Shown here: positions 63,300 through 64,000 of the stretch, piece after piece
Position numbering within the stretch: the first letter of the stretch is position 1
Layout: every line of letters begins with the position of its first letter
DNA from: Squalus acanthias
Taxonomy: Eukaryota
NCBI GenBank assembly: GCA_030390025.1
Contig: CM059438.1
Span: 57,538,001-57,602,000 of the forward strand
DNA length: 64,000 nucleotides
Reading direction: 5' to 3'
Translations under genes and position numbers: made by a program
Notes under the pieces: generated by a model
What the model saw: only the letters and a program-made list of their open reading frames with translations
Databases searched by the model: none
What the model was told of the DNA's origin: nothing

Positions 63300-63441
63300 C
63301 ATGATGTGGAGATGCCGGCGTTGGACTGGGGTGGACAAAAATGAGAAGTCGCACAACACCAGGTTATAGTCCAACAGATTTATTTAATTTTAAAATTAAA
63401 TAAATCTGTTGGACTATAACCTGGTGTTGTGCGACTTCTCA
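63300..63441. mobile_element. Penelope-like hairpin insertion P5 (3' end only)
   Basis: Perfect palindrome centred on TTTTAAAA (~63391); TSD TGTAAGAATACA. Confidence 0.88.
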
Positions 63442-64000
63442 TGTAAGAATACAGACATACTGTACAGACACAGACCTCACTGTACGAACACAGACCTCAC
63501 TGTACGAACACAGACCTCACTGTACGGACACAGACCTCACTGTACGGACACAGACCTCACTGTAAGGACACAGACCTCACTGTACGAACACAGACCTCAC
63601 TGTAAGGACACAGGCCTGACTGTACAAACACAGCCCTCACTGTATGAACACAGCCCTCACTGTATGAACACAGCCCTCACTGTAAGAACGCAGACCTCAC
63701 TGTACGAACACAGACCTCACTGTACAACAGACCTCACTGTACGATCACAGACCTCACTGTACAGACACAGACCTCACTGTACAAACACAGTCCTCACTGA
63801 GAATACAGACCTCACTGTACAGACACAGACCTCACTGTACAGACACAGACCTCACTGTACAAACACAGCCCTCACTGTAAGAATACAGACCATACTGTAC
63901 AAACACAGACCTCACTGTAAGGACACAGACCTCACTGTACAAACACAGCCCTCACTGTAAGAATACAGACCATACTGTACAGACACAGACCTCACTGTAA

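Larger units (their letters stand above)
59575..64000. repeat. 20-bp minisatellite (ACAGACCTCACTGTACAGAC)n with CR1 and Penelope insertions
   Basis: More than 100 tandem units; first two at 59575-59610, main array from 60298 to the window end. Confidence 0.97.

Noticed and set aside
60298..64000. CRISPR-like array or repetitive protein (HRPHCTDTDLTVQTQTSLY ORFs)
   Set aside because: Units are head-to-tail with no unique spacers and no cas genes; the ORFs are translations of a stop-poor 20-bp repeat

Overview
Eukaryotic, repeat-dominated intronic DNA. The repeat families (CR1 LINEs with ATTCTATG tails, a SacSINE1/DeuSINE-like SINE, Penelope elements, many Harbingers) point to a cartilaginous fish; this is inferred, not proven. 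Most of the window is nested mobile DNA: two CR1-group LINE families, RTE and L2 fragments, six two-gene PIF/Harbinger transposons or derivatives plus their MITEs, one young CsRn1/Kabuki-clade Gypsy element (265-bp LTRs, tRNA-Trp PBS), five insertions of a hammerhead-bearing Penelope-like family (four hairpin-shaped), and a 20-bp minisatellite. Between the repeats, on the minus strand and not called as a gene by the ORF track, is a chain of seven symmetric phase-2 microexons (24-48 nt) spread over 53 kb. They splice into one open, proline-rich reading frame of an unidentified host gene, and several arose by local exon duplication. There are no prokaryotic systems or CRISPR arrays. Coordinates were read by eye and repeat boundaries may be off by a few bases.
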